Below, piece by piece: positions 16,643 to 25,069 of a stretch of 64,000 nt of DNA (positions are counted from its first letter, which is position 1; each line of letters starts with the position of its first letter). The translations under genes and the position numbers were made by a program. Under the pieces are notes generated by a model that was not told the DNA's origin, searched no databases, and saw only the letters and a program-made list of their open reading frames with translations. This DNA comes from Deltaproteobacteria bacterium. GTDB taxonomy: Bacteria > Desulfobacterota > GWC2-55-46. The stretch is taken from positions 87,922 through 151,921 of the forward strand of contig JACRNL010000004.1 of assembly GCA_016234935.1 (NCBI GenBank), written 5' to 3'.

Positions 16643-17199
16643 CTGCCTGCCCTTTTCTCACGAGACTCGCGTAGTTCCCTTTGCAGGGCCTTTAGTTCCT
16701 TTTTTACCTTTTCACGGTAGGGCTTTTCCTTTGACAGCTCGCCTTCTATCTCGCCAAGTTTGCCTGAGACCAAACCGCTCAATCTATTATATTCCACGTT
16801 AATCTCCTCGTGGCGGGAGATGCATTCATTCAGGTTCATTATAAAACCGCGCAGATGGAGGTCGTCCTCCTTCCTTGATGAGAGCCGTCTGGCGATATCT
16901 CCCTTTAAGATAAGCTTCGTCTCGTGTTCAAGCCTTTTAAACGGCCCCACGAGCCTGTGCGTGAAAAACATGGAGAACACGATGACTATCACCGCGTACC
17001 CTGCAATGAGGAATATGCTGAAGACGTATGAGGAAAGGCCGTAATGCCTCACCGCGGCGGCGGAGGCCACCTGAAGCGTCATTCCGGCCAGAAGCGTCAG
17101 CACCGTCAGGACGGCGATGGACAGCTGAATACCCTTTACCTCGAAGCACTTTAGCCTCGTCTTTTTCCGAGCTTTTTCCAGAGATTCCTTCGTCATCAT
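16639..17199 (-). CDS. membrane protein with HAMP-like linker and coiled coil
   Basis: Start set at the ATGATG at 17194-17199 (GAGGA upstream). Two transmembrane helices followed by a HAMP-like segment. Its stop overlaps the nuclease start. The track extension runs into repeat B1. Confidence 0.45.
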   Translation of the reverse strand: MMTKESLEKARKKTRLKCFEVKGIQLSIAVLTVLTLLAGMTLQVASAAAVRHYGLSSYVFSIFLIAGYAVIVIVFSMFFTHRLVGPFKRLEHETKLILKGDIARRLSSRKEDDLHLRGFIMNLNECISRHEEINVEYNRLSGLVSGKLGEIEGELSKEKPYREKVKKELKALQRELRESREKRAGR

Positions 17200-17267
17200 T
17201 TCCTCTTCTATGCTATAATACACCGTGAATGGACTTATTTCAAGGCGCTTGCAACGAAACTCGTAGT

Positions 17268-17346
17268 GCGAGCCCAGCACCACTTTCCGTCGCCAACATT
17301 TCTATCTGATATATATGCCGGTAACGGAAAGTGGTGCTGGGCTCGC
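17268..17346. repeat. family B inverted-repeat element, copy B1
   Basis: 23-nt perfect terminal inverted repeats GCGAGCCCAGCACCACTTTCCGT / ACGGAAAGTGGTGCTGGGCTCGC around a 33-nt A/T-rich core. Confidence 0.85.
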
Positions 17347-17421
17347 TTCGCCGAATCAGGCAAGTGTGCCACAAAAAAGCGAGGCTGAAGCCTGAAAACA
17401 ACCATGCGGAGACAAAATGGC

Positions 17422-17450
17422 TTGACCTTGATTTCGCTCAAACTTATCAT
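17422..17450 (+). promoter_or_regulatory. sigma-70 promoter candidate
   Basis: TTGACC-N17-TATCAT, about 25 nt upstream of the AAGGAGA RBS and the ATG at 17475. Confidence 0.6.
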
Positions 17451-17474
17451 ATCGTAAATAAAGGAGATATCCTT

Positions 17475-17675
17475 ATGAAGACGAAGATAATCCGCATGGA
17501 AAAGGGCAAAGAAGGCGTCATACTGCCGGAGGAGTTTCTGAGGCATCTGGCGCTTGCCCCCGGCTCGGAGGTCGAGCTGGCCTTTGACAAAAAAAAGAAG
17601 TGGATAATAATCCGCCCCATGCACGGGGACGACTTTCTGGAACACTTCAAGGATTCCATGGAATCAATGGCATGA
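17475..17675 (+). CDS. AbrB/SpoVT/MazE-family DNA-binding protein
   Basis: MKTKIIRMEKGKEGVILPEEFLRHLALAPGSEVELAFD fits a swapped-hairpin barrel. Start chosen at the RBS-preceded ATG. Its stop overlaps the next start (ATGA). Confidence 0.65.
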   Translation: MKTKIIRMEKGKEGVILPEEFLRHLALAPGSEVELAFDKKKKWIIIRPMHGDDFLEHFKDSMESMA

Positions 17676-18130
17676 AGATATACAAACTGCCATATCTTGC
17701 CGACGGCTCTTCGGACGGCTCATACCTGCTTGACAGAAAGGAGCTTAAAACAGACTCCGCCTATCTCCGCTACGCGAGGCTTCGCCCCTTCGAGTCCGAC
17801 AGGAACATCTGCCCAAGGGACGGCTGCGAGGAGATAATCTTCGTCGTCAAGGGAAGCCTCATGGTCAAACAGGCAAAATCCGCCTTCACTGTTGCCGAAG
17901 GAGAGGCCTTTCTTTCAAACGGCAAGCTCCTTGTAGACAACCCGAATGAAGAAGAGGCCGTATACATCGCAGCCGGCGGATGCCTTCAATCAGCAGGCCG
18001 CTCAGCCGCGCCGGAAGCCGAGCCCTGCGTAAAGCCTGCCGAGACAATTCCCAAGCCGCCTATGCAGGGAAAAGACCCTGAAGAATTCGAGATTACGAAG
18101 GATGACGGGCCTGACGAGGGAGGGAAGTAG
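17672..18130 (+). CDS. cupin-like beta-barrel protein with Pro/Ala/Glu-rich tail
   Basis: CEEIIFVVKGSLMV..AFTVAEGEAFL..AVYIAAG follows a cupin strand pattern, but I see no canonical His metal ligands. Confidence 0.45.
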   Translation: MKIYKLPYLADGSSDGSYLLDRKELKTDSAYLRYARLRPFESDRNICPRDGCEEIIFVVKGSLMVKQAKSAFTVAEGEAFLSNGKLLVDNPNEEEAVYIAAGGCLQSAGRSAAPEAEPCVKPAETIPKPPMQGKDPEEFEITKDDGPDEGGK

Positions 18131-18331
18131 AAAAACAGGACGCTGGAGTGTGGGAACGATAAAATTATATTTTCTTATCATGAAACAATTTATCTAAAAT
18201 TTCTTCTGTTGCTTTCTTAAATCTACCTCTCAATTCATTCTAAATATTTCTCTGTTTTCATAATTTTTAGCCCCGATAAAGACCTTCGGGAATGACAACC
18301 AAGACGATATCTGCAAAACCACCCCCGCCCC

Positions 18332-19219
18332 TCAAACCATTTCAATTATCCTCACAACGCTCTCTTCCTGACCGATGGCCATTATGTGGGCGCCGTGACA
18401 GAAGCCCTTTAACTCACGCACCTGACGCGCGGCTATCTCTATGCCTGCCTGAAGCTGATCTTTGGCGGATGAAAGCTCGTCTATCAAATTTTGCGGCACG
18501 TGGACGCCGGGGACGTTCTTGTTGAGGAAGCTTGCCATGTTCGCGGACTTTAAAAGCAGGATGCCGCCCAATATCTTCACGTCGTGCCTGGAGGCATAAT
18601 CGAAGAACCTCTTAAACCGCTCCATGTCGTATATCGCCTGCGTCTGGAAGAAACGCGCGCCTGCGGCTATCTTTTTCTCGAACTTCAGCTCCTCCGGCCC
18701 GAATGGGTTTGCCTCCGGCGCCACGACAGCGCCTATGAAAAAACCGGTCGCCCCGCGAAGCTCCACGCCGCTGAGGTTCTTGCCGCTGTTAAGGGTGCGT
18801 ATTGTCCCGACGAGCTGGACAGAGTCGAGGTCAAAGACGGCCTTCGCGTCGCGGTGGTCTCCGAAGGAGACGTGATCGCCGGTAAGGGCCAGTATGTTCC
18901 TTGCGCCCAGGACCCACGCGCCGAGGATGTCGGACTGGAGCGCGAGGCGGTTGCGGTCACGGCACGTCACCTGAAAGACCGGTTCTACACCCTCTTTTAA
19001 AAGGACAGCCGCGCAGGCAAGCGAGGAAAGGCGCATCACCGCCCGCTGGTTGTCCGTGACGTTCGCGGCGGTTATTTTGCCCTTTAAAAGGCGCGCCTTT
19101 TCAATGAAGACGGCGGTGTCCGTGCCCCTCGGCGGACATATCTCCGCCGTGATGACGAACCTTCCGGCCTCAAGCTGTTTTTGAAGATCGCTCTTTTGCA
19201 GAGCGTCATAACTTCGCAT
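18332..19219 (-). CDS. metF: methylenetetrahydrofolate reductase
   Basis: MTHFR-family length and sequence pattern (FVITAEICPPRG..; TGDH..). Start placed at the ATG at 19217-19219. The longer track ORF begins just beside repeat B2. Confidence 0.8.
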   Translation of the reverse strand: MRSYDALQKSDLQKQLEAGRFVITAEICPPRGTDTAVFIEKARLLKGKITAANVTDNQRAVMRLSSLACAAVLLKEGVEPVFQVTCRDRNRLALQSDILGAWVLGARNILALTGDHVSFGDHRDAKAVFDLDSVQLVGTIRTLNSGKNLSGVELRGATGFFIGAVVAPEANPFGPEELKFEKKIAAGARFFQTQAIYDMERFKRFFDYASRHDVKILGGILLLKSANMASFLNKNVPGVHVPQNLIDELSSAKDQLQAGIEIAARQVRELKGFCHGAHIMAIGQEESVVRIIEMV

Positions 19220-19277
19220 ACCTTCGTTGCTCCTCGGTTCGTCGCTGCGGCGCACGGGAAAAGTGCGCCTCACTTAT

Positions 19278-19375
19278 CCCCAGCACCACTTTCTGCTGCC
19301 AACGCCTGCCCTCGCATGTCTAAAGCGGGGGTTTGTATTATGCATGAACTCTTGGTGATGGAAAGTGGTGCTGGG
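19278..19375 (+). repeat. family B element, copy B2, carrying a family C unit
   Basis: Termini CCCAGCACCACTTTC / GAAAGTGGTGCTGGG. The interior equals the reverse complement of B3 plus a 27-nt insertion. Confidence 0.85.
19305..19331 (+). repeat. family C unit, copy C3 (nested in B2)
   Basis: CCTGCCCTCGCATGTCTAAAGCGGGGG lies between CCAACG and TTTGTATT, which are contiguous in copy B3. Confidence 0.8.
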
Positions 19376-19439
19376 CTCGGTCTGCTTTGTTCTGACGCTC
19401 CGTATGCGCATCTGCTTATGACGCTGTATATAATTCGCA

Positions 19440-20132
19440 TTACCCGGCAAGGCCTCTCAATATTGATTCAAAAACAGCTCTGCCGTCCGCGCGTCCGAGT
19501 ATATCCTCGCACGCCCTCTCAGGATGCGGCATGGTGCCCATTACGTTGCCGCTTGCGTTCACTATGGCCGCGACGTTGCCGCAAGAGCCGTTCGGGTTCG
19601 CATCGGGCGTTGTATTTCCTTCCTTGTCGCAATACCTGAAGATGATCCTGTTTTCGTCTTCAAGCCTTTTCATGGTATCTGCGTCCGCGAAGTAATTCCC
19701 GTCGGCATGGGCTATGGGGATGTTGACGACCGCGCCGGCCTCATACGCGCTTGAAAATACCGTGGAGTTGTTTCCAACCTTCAGCCATGCGCGCTTACAG
19801 ATAAACTTAAGACCTTTGTTCCGCATTAAAACGCCCGGCAGAAGCCCTGCCTCCGTCAGTATCTGAAAGCCGTTGCAGATGCCGAGCACGAGGCCGCCTT
19901 TTTTTGCGAAGCCGGCGACCGCGGACATCACCGGAGAGAACCGGGCAATGGCCCCCGTCCTCAGGTAATCCCCATAGGAAAAGCCGCCGGGCAGTATCAG
20001 GCAGTCCAAGCCCTCAAGGCTCGTCTCCTTATGCCAGATGTAACGGGCCTCCTTGTTAAAGACGTGCTTGACGGCATGGTAGCAGTCATGGTCGCAGTTC
20101 GACCCCGGAAAGACGATTATACCGAACTTCAA
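19440..20132 (-). CDS. purQ: phosphoribosylformylglycinamidine synthase, glutamine amidotransferase subunit
   Basis: GATase-1 fold with [10 protein letters not shown] (catalytic Cys) and MPHPER. Adjacent to purS. Confidence 0.9.
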   Translation of the reverse strand: MKFGIIVFPGSNCDHDCYHAVKHVFNKEARYIWHKETSLEGLDCLILPGGFSYGDYLRTGAIARFSPVMSAVAGFAKKGGLVLGICNGFQILTEAGLLPGVLMRNKGLKFICKRAWLKVGNNSTVFSSAYEAGAVVNIPIAHADGNYFADADTMKRLEDENRIIFRYCDKEGNTTPDANPNGSCGNVAAIVNASGNVMGTMPHPERACEDILGRADGRAVFESILRGLAG

Positions 20133-20187
20133 TTTATTTAAACCCCTGCCTTTATTTTCCGGCGCGCCTTTTGATTTTTGCGCGCCC

Positions 20188-20427
20188 TTACTCGACCTCT
20201 ATCCTGTAATTCTCAATGACGGTGTTGGCAAGGAGCCTTTCGCACATTTCCTTTATGCGCGCGGTCTCCTCGTCCTTTGAGGCCGCGTCTATCTCAAGCT
20301 CCATGAACTTGCCGATGCGCACGTCCTTTACCTCGCCGAAGTCCATTGATTTGAGCGCGCCCATCACTGCCCTGCCCTGCGGGTCGAGCACCCCTTTTTT
20401 CAGCGTAACATAGACCTTTGCCTTCAT
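20188..20427 (-). CDS. purS: phosphoribosylformylglycinamidine synthase subunit PurS
   Basis: 79 aa, [18 protein letters not shown]. Lies between purC and purQ. Confidence 0.85.
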   Translation of the reverse strand: MKAKVYVTLKKGVLDPQGRAVMGALKSMDFGEVKDVRIGKFMELEIDAASKDEETARIKEMCERLLANTVIENYRIEVE

Positions 20428-20448
20428 TTCGATATCCCCGGTATTTGT

Positions 20449-21162
20449 TCAGTTCCCATGCTCCATCACCTTTTGCAATATCATCTTATACGCCTCCTCG
20501 ACATTGCCGAGGTCTCTTCTGAACCTGTCCTTGTCCATCTTTTCAAGGGTCTCTTTATCCCAGAGCCTGCAGCCGTCCGGGGTTATCTCGTCTCCAAGAA
20601 GTATCTCGCCCTTATGGAGGCCGAACTCGAGCTTGAAGTCCACGAGAATTATGCCGCGCTCGTCAAAAAACTTTGAAAGTATCCTGTTTATCCTCAGGGC
20701 GGTGTTCTCTATCTGCGTCAATTCGTCCTTTTTGGCAAGACCGAACGCCATGACGTGGGACTCGTTTATCATCGGGTCTCCGAGCGGGTCGCTCTTGTAG
20801 TAAAGCTCCAGTATCGTCTCTTTAAGCGGAGCGCCCTCTTCCATGCCCATCCTCTTTGCGAGGCTTCCGGCGACGATGTTCCTCACCACGACCTCGATGG
20901 GGAATATGGTCATCTTCTTTACGACCATCTCCCTCTCGTCGGGCATGTCCACGAAATGGGTCTTTATGCCGTTCTTTTCGAGGTATCTGAACAGCCTTGA
21001 TGAAATCCTGTTGTTTATCTTCCCCTTCTCATGGATGACGCCCTTTTTCTTGCCGTCAAGCGCCGTCGCATCGTCCTTGAAATACTGAATAAGCAGGTCA
21101 GGGTCTTCAGTGGTGTAAAGCGTCTTTGCCTTGCCTTCGTATATCTTTTCTAATTTCGTCAT
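20449..21162 (-). CDS. purC: SAICAR synthase
   Basis: IYEGKAKTLY and LVDFKLEFG motifs, 237 aa. Confidence 0.9.
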   Translation of the reverse strand: MTKLEKIYEGKAKTLYTTEDPDLLIQYFKDDATALDGKKKGVIHEKGKINNRISSRLFRYLEKNGIKTHFVDMPDEREMVVKKMTIFPIEVVVRNIVAGSLAKRMGMEEGAPLKETILELYYKSDPLGDPMINESHVMAFGLAKKDELTQIENTALRINRILSKFFDERGIILVDFKLEFGLHKGEILLGDEITPDGCRLWDKETLEKMDKDRFRRDLGNVEEAYKMILQKVMEHGN

Positions 21163-21213
21163 CTTTTAAAGCCTCCCTGAAAGCCATGCCCTGTCCGGGC
21201 AGGCCTGATAAAA

Positions 21214-22536
21214 TTATGCCTTGCGTCCGGCCCTTGCGCTCTTTTTTCCGAATGCCCTTTCAAAGATGTAGTCAACGTTCGCAAGATACGGCCTTATGTC
21301 AAAGCAGGCCTCCACTTCTTTTGGCGTAAGGCGGTGCATCACGTTCTCGTCGTCAAGGAGATTGGACTTGAAGTCCCCAAGCCCCTCCCACACCTTCATG
21401 GCGTTCCTCTGCACCAGACTGTAGGCCTCTTCGCGCGTCGCGCCCTTTTCAACGAGTTTTAAAAGCGCCTTCTGCGAAAATACCGCGCCCTTCAATTTGT
21501 CCATATTCGCAAGCATGTTTTCCGGATAGACCAAAAGGCCGCGGACAAGGTTTGACGCCCTCACCAGCATAAAATCAACGAGTATGGCCGCGTCCGGCCC
21601 GATGACCCGCTCGGCGGACGAATGGCTTATATCCCTTTCGTGCCACAGGGCGACGTTCTCAAGCGACACTGCCGCGTAGGAACGCACGAGGCGCGCAAGT
21701 CCCGTGAGGTTTTCCGAGAGCACGGGGTTTCTCTTATGCGGCATGGCTGAAGAGCCCTTCTGCCCCTTTGTGAAAGGCTCTTCGGCCTCGTAGACCTCCG
21801 TCCTTTGCAGATGCCGTATCTCCACGGCGAACTTTTCTATGGAAGACGCCGTGATGGCAAGCGCCGAGAAAAATTCCGCGTGCCTGTCCCGCTGCACCAC
21901 CTGCGTGGCCACAGGCTCCGGCGTAAGGCCCAGTTTTTTAAGCGCATACTCCTCGACAAAAGGCGGGACACTTGAAAAGGTGCCGACCGCGCCTGATAAT
22001 TTTCCGCAGGATATGACGTCCCTTGCCCTTTCGAGCCTTTCAAGGTTTCTGGCCGTCTCAACGTGCCACATGGCCATCTTCAGGCCGAATGTCGTCGGCT
22101 CGGCGTGTATGCCGTGCGACCTGCCCATCATTACGGTATCTTTATGCTCAACGGCCTTTTTCTTCAGGACAGCAAGGAATACCTTTATATCTTCAATAAT
22201 AAGCGACGCCGCCTCGCGCATCTGCATGGCAAGGGCGGTGTCAAGTATATCCGACGACGTAAGCCCAATGTGAATATAGCGCGAATCAGGCCCGACGTAT
22301 TCAGCCACGGAGGTCAGAAATGCGATGACGTCGTGCTTTACCTCTTTTTCTATCTCGTCGATGCGCTCTATGTCAAAGCGCGCCTTTTTGCGGATGTTGT
22401 CGAGCGCATTTTTAGGAATCTTGCCGAGCTTATGCCATGCCTCGCACGCGGCCAGTTCCACTTCGAGCCAGAGCCTGAACCTGTTTTCCGGCTCCCATAT
22501 GCGTGCCATCTCTTTTCTCGTATAGCGGCCTATCAC
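21214..22536 (-). CDS. purB: adenylosuccinate lyase
   Basis: Fumarate-lyase signature GSSAMPHKRNP, 440 aa. Confidence 0.9.
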   Translation of the reverse strand: MIGRYTRKEMARIWEPENRFRLWLEVELAACEAWHKLGKIPKNALDNIRKKARFDIERIDEIEKEVKHDVIAFLTSVAEYVGPDSRYIHIGLTSSDILDTALAMQMREAASLIIEDIKVFLAVLKKKAVEHKDTVMMGRSHGIHAEPTTFGLKMAMWHVETARNLERLERARDVISCGKLSGAVGTFSSVPPFVEEYALKKLGLTPEPVATQVVQRDRHAEFFSALAITASSIEKFAVEIRHLQRTEVYEAEEPFTKGQKGSSAMPHKRNPVLSENLTGLARLVRSYAAVSLENVALWHERDISHSSAERVIGPDAAILVDFMLVRASNLVRGLLVYPENMLANMDKLKGAVFSQKALLKLVEKGATREEAYSLVQRNAMKVWEGLGDFKSNLLDDENVMHRLTPKEVEACFDIRPYLANVDYIFERAFGKKSARAGRKA

Positions 22537-22667
22537 CTGGCAGTCTCCTTAATTAAAAATCCCCCGTTGGCAGGCTTGAAACTATCGGGGGTAGCGGCAT
22601 TAAACGCCAATACTAATTTATAACAGAACCATGCGCATCTTTACAAGAAGGTTTTCCATCAGATTAT

Positions 22668-22718
22668 CGTTCCCACGCCTGCCCTCGCGTGTCTGAAGCG
22701 GGGGCAGGCGTGGGAACG
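22668..22718. repeat. family C unit with extended arms, copy C4
   Basis: CGTTCCCACGCCTGCCC-TCGCGTGTCTGAAGCG-GGGCAGGCGTGGGAACG, a 17-bp stem. It lies between atpD and purB. Confidence 0.8.
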
Positions 22719-22745
22719 CAGCCTTTGACGCTCTATCGTCATTTC

Positions 22746-23363
22746 CTATCTTTTCCCCTTGTAGCGTTTGAGCCTGAAGACCTCCTCCCTTTCCCGTTCC
22801 TCAAGCGTCCTTTCGATTATCTTTATCCTCTTTTTCATCTCAGGCAGCAGGGCCTCGGTTATGGCGTTGACCTTCCTTGTGTCGGCCCTTATGACCTCGC
22901 CGAGCCGTGAGAGCTTAATCTCCTTTGACGCGATATTCACGAGCATGTCCGCCGCGTTCTCAAAATCCCTTGCCGCCTGAAGCACCAGCGCCCGCTCGCC
23001 GACGGGAGAAAGCTCCCTTGCGTCAAGGCTTCTAACAAGCCGCACGGGCGCAATCTCCGGCACGCTTACGCCCCAGACGTTCCTTACCTTCATTTCCAAT
23101 GAAACCTCGCGCTTGGAAGCGTGCGCGAAGGAATTAAGCGCTTCCGTGCCATAGAGCGCCTCCGACATCACGACCCTGCGCTGCCCTGTGCAGACAAGCT
23201 CCGTGAGCCTCTCCCTCATGCGCACGCTCTCCTCCACCACGCCGAAGAACTCCTTCATCAAGGCCTCGCGCTTGCTCTTCAGAAGCCCAAGCCCCTTCCT
23301 GACGGTCTCATGCCGGGCCTTCAGAATAAGGAGTTGTTGTCTTGTAGGCGCGCTTTTTTCCAT
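22746..23363 (-). CDS. atpD: V/A-type ATP synthase subunit D
   Basis: PTRQQLLILKARHETVRKGLGLLKSKREALMKEF, 205 aa. Last gene of the operon. Confidence 0.85.
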   Translation of the reverse strand: MEKSAPTRQQLLILKARHETVRKGLGLLKSKREALMKEFFGVVEESVRMRERLTELVCTGQRRVVMSEALYGTEALNSFAHASKREVSLEMKVRNVWGVSVPEIAPVRLVRSLDARELSPVGERALVLQAARDFENAADMLVNIASKEIKLSRLGEVIRADTRKVNAITEALLPEMKKRIKIIERTLEEREREEVFRLKRYKGKR

Positions 23364-23482
23364 AGAGGGTTACCGGTAAAACAAAACCTTTTTATCGTTC
23401 CCACGCTCCAGCATCCCGTAACGCCAGCCTTGTATATCCCCGATAAAAACATTCGGGGATGACAGAAAAAAGAGAGCTTCCC

Positions 23483-24808
23483 TCACACCTCCGGCACCAT
23501 CTTCAAAAGCCTTTCGCCGAGGTCAAGGGTTTCGTCTATCGTCCTGTCGCTTTTGCCCTGTCCGGCAAATGACTGTTCAAATTCATCGGAAAATGAAAAA
23601 TACTTCTTGTCAGTATCGGTCAGCCCCTCTTCGCCGACTATGGCGATGAGGCGCCTTACGTCTATGCCGCGGGCGTAGGCTGAATAGAGCCTGTCGGCAA
23701 GCGCCCTGTGTCCGGCCCTTGTCTTTCCCTTGCCTATGCCGAGGTTCATAAGGCGCGACAGGCACGGCAGGACGTCTATGGGCGGATAGACGCCCTTTCT
23801 GTGGAGCGCGCGGCTTAGGACTATCTGGCCCTCGGTGATGTATCCTGTAAGGTCGGGTATCGGGTGCGTTATGTCGTCGTCGGGCATGGTCAGTATGGGC
23901 ACCATTGTTATAGAACCCTTCCGGCCTTTGAGCCTTCCTGCCCTTTCGTAGAGAGACGCAAGGTCTGTGTACATGTAACCCGGGTAGCTCCTTCTGCCGG
24001 GTATCTCCTCCCTCGCGCTGCCTATCTCGCGCAGGCAGTCGCAATAGGCGGTCATGTCGGTGAGGACGACCATAACGTGATAGCCGTGCTTAAAGGCCAG
24101 ATACTCGGCTGTGGTAAGGGCGATGCGCGGGGTAAAAAGCCTTTCTATTGTCGGGTCGCTCGCCTCGTTTATAAAGGCGACCGTCCGTTCCATTGCGCCG
24201 GACTCTTCAAGGGACTTTCTGAACGAAAAAGCCTCCCTTGAGGTTATGCCCATCGCGCCGAGGACTACGCAAAAATCCTCTTTCTCGGCGACCTTTGCCT
24301 GCGAGACTATCTGAAGGGCAAGCTCCTTTGCCGGAAGGCCGGCCCCTGAGAATATCGGGAGCTTTTGCCCGCGCACAAGCGTATTAAGGCCGTCTATGGC
24401 CGAGATTCCCGTCTGTATAAAAAAATCCGGCTTTTCACGTGAGGCCGGATTCATGGGCAGGCCGGCGGCGTCAATATATTCCTCCGGGATTATCGGCGGC
24501 AGGCCGTCTATGGGAAGGCCCAGACCGTCAAAGACCCTGCCAAAGACGTCTTTTGAAACGCCCACACGTGCAGGCTGTCCCGTCGGGATGACCGCCGCGC
24601 TCCTTGTGTCAATGCCCGAAGTCCCTTCGAGCACCTGTATGAGCGCGTGAGAGTCCGACAGCTCAAGTATCTGCCCCTGCCTCTTCCGGCCGTCAGAGAG
24701 CTGGATAAAGCACATCTCGCCAAGGCGCGCGCCCGCGATGTTGCCGGCGAATATAAGGCCGCCGGAAATGGCCGTGATGGTGCGGTATTCTCTTTTTATC
24801 AGATCCAT
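23483..24808 (-). CDS. atpB: V/A-type ATP synthase subunit B
   Basis: 441 aa, alpha/beta-ATPase fold without a canonical P-loop lysine-threonine motif ([10 protein letters not shown]). Confidence 0.9.
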   Translation of the reverse strand: MDLIKREYRTITAISGGLIFAGNIAGARLGEMCFIQLSDGRKRQGQILELSDSHALIQVLEGTSGIDTRSAAVIPTGQPARVGVSKDVFGRVFDGLGLPIDGLPPIIPEEYIDAAGLPMNPASREKPDFFIQTGISAIDGLNTLVRGQKLPIFSGAGLPAKELALQIVSQAKVAEKEDFCVVLGAMGITSREAFSFRKSLEESGAMERTVAFINEASDPTIERLFTPRIALTTAEYLAFKHGYHVMVVLTDMTAYCDCLREIGSAREEIPGRRSYPGYMYTDLASLYERAGRLKGRKGSITMVPILTMPDDDITHPIPDLTGYITEGQIVLSRALHRKGVYPPIDVLPCLSRLMNLGIGKGKTRAGHRALADRLYSAYARGIDVRRLIAIVGEEGLTDTDKKYFSFSDEFEQSFAGQGKSDRTIDETLDLGERLLKMVPEV

Positions 24809-24920
24809 GTCTTAGCCATATCTGTTTTTACTGTTCCCGTAGTGCAACACCCCCGCCTAAACACGCAAAGACAGATTTTAGTGTCGCCGCTTTGCTGCTT
24901 TTTTCAAGCGCCACCGAACA

Positions 24921-25068
24921 GCAGGCTGCTCAAAAAGCCCCGGCTACTAGGCGGCGAGGCGCGAGAAACGAAGGCGTAATGGTAATTACGCCGTAGTGCC
25001 GAGCAACGAAGACAACGACGTAGATGGGGCTTTTCGGGGCACCCATGCGGAGCATGGGTCGGTCTGCC
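24921..25068 (+). repeat. family A element, copy A4, with its right arm replaced by a minor (G) unit
   Basis: GCAGGCTGCTCAAAAAGCCCCGGCTAC.. Central hairpin GGCGTAAT/ATTACGCC. After ..GATGGGGCTTTTC comes GGGGCACCCATGCGGAGCATGGGTCGGTCTGCC (25036-25068), the reverse complement of a unit at 58653-58681. It lies between atpA and atpB. Confidence 0.8.
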
Positions 25069-25069
25069 T

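Noticed and set aside
22537-22745. A purine or ZTP riboswitch upstream of purB.
   Set aside because: I could not find the conserved cores of either class. The region holds only a weak hairpin (CCCCCG..CGGGGG plus a T-run, 22561-22591) and family C copy C4.
23394-23406. TTATCGTTCCCAC occurs on both sides of atpD (22662-22674 and 23394-23406), raising the idea that atpD is a mobile cassette.
   Set aside because: Both copies are simply ends of family C/F-type repeat units. atpD is an integral, correctly ordered member of the operon.
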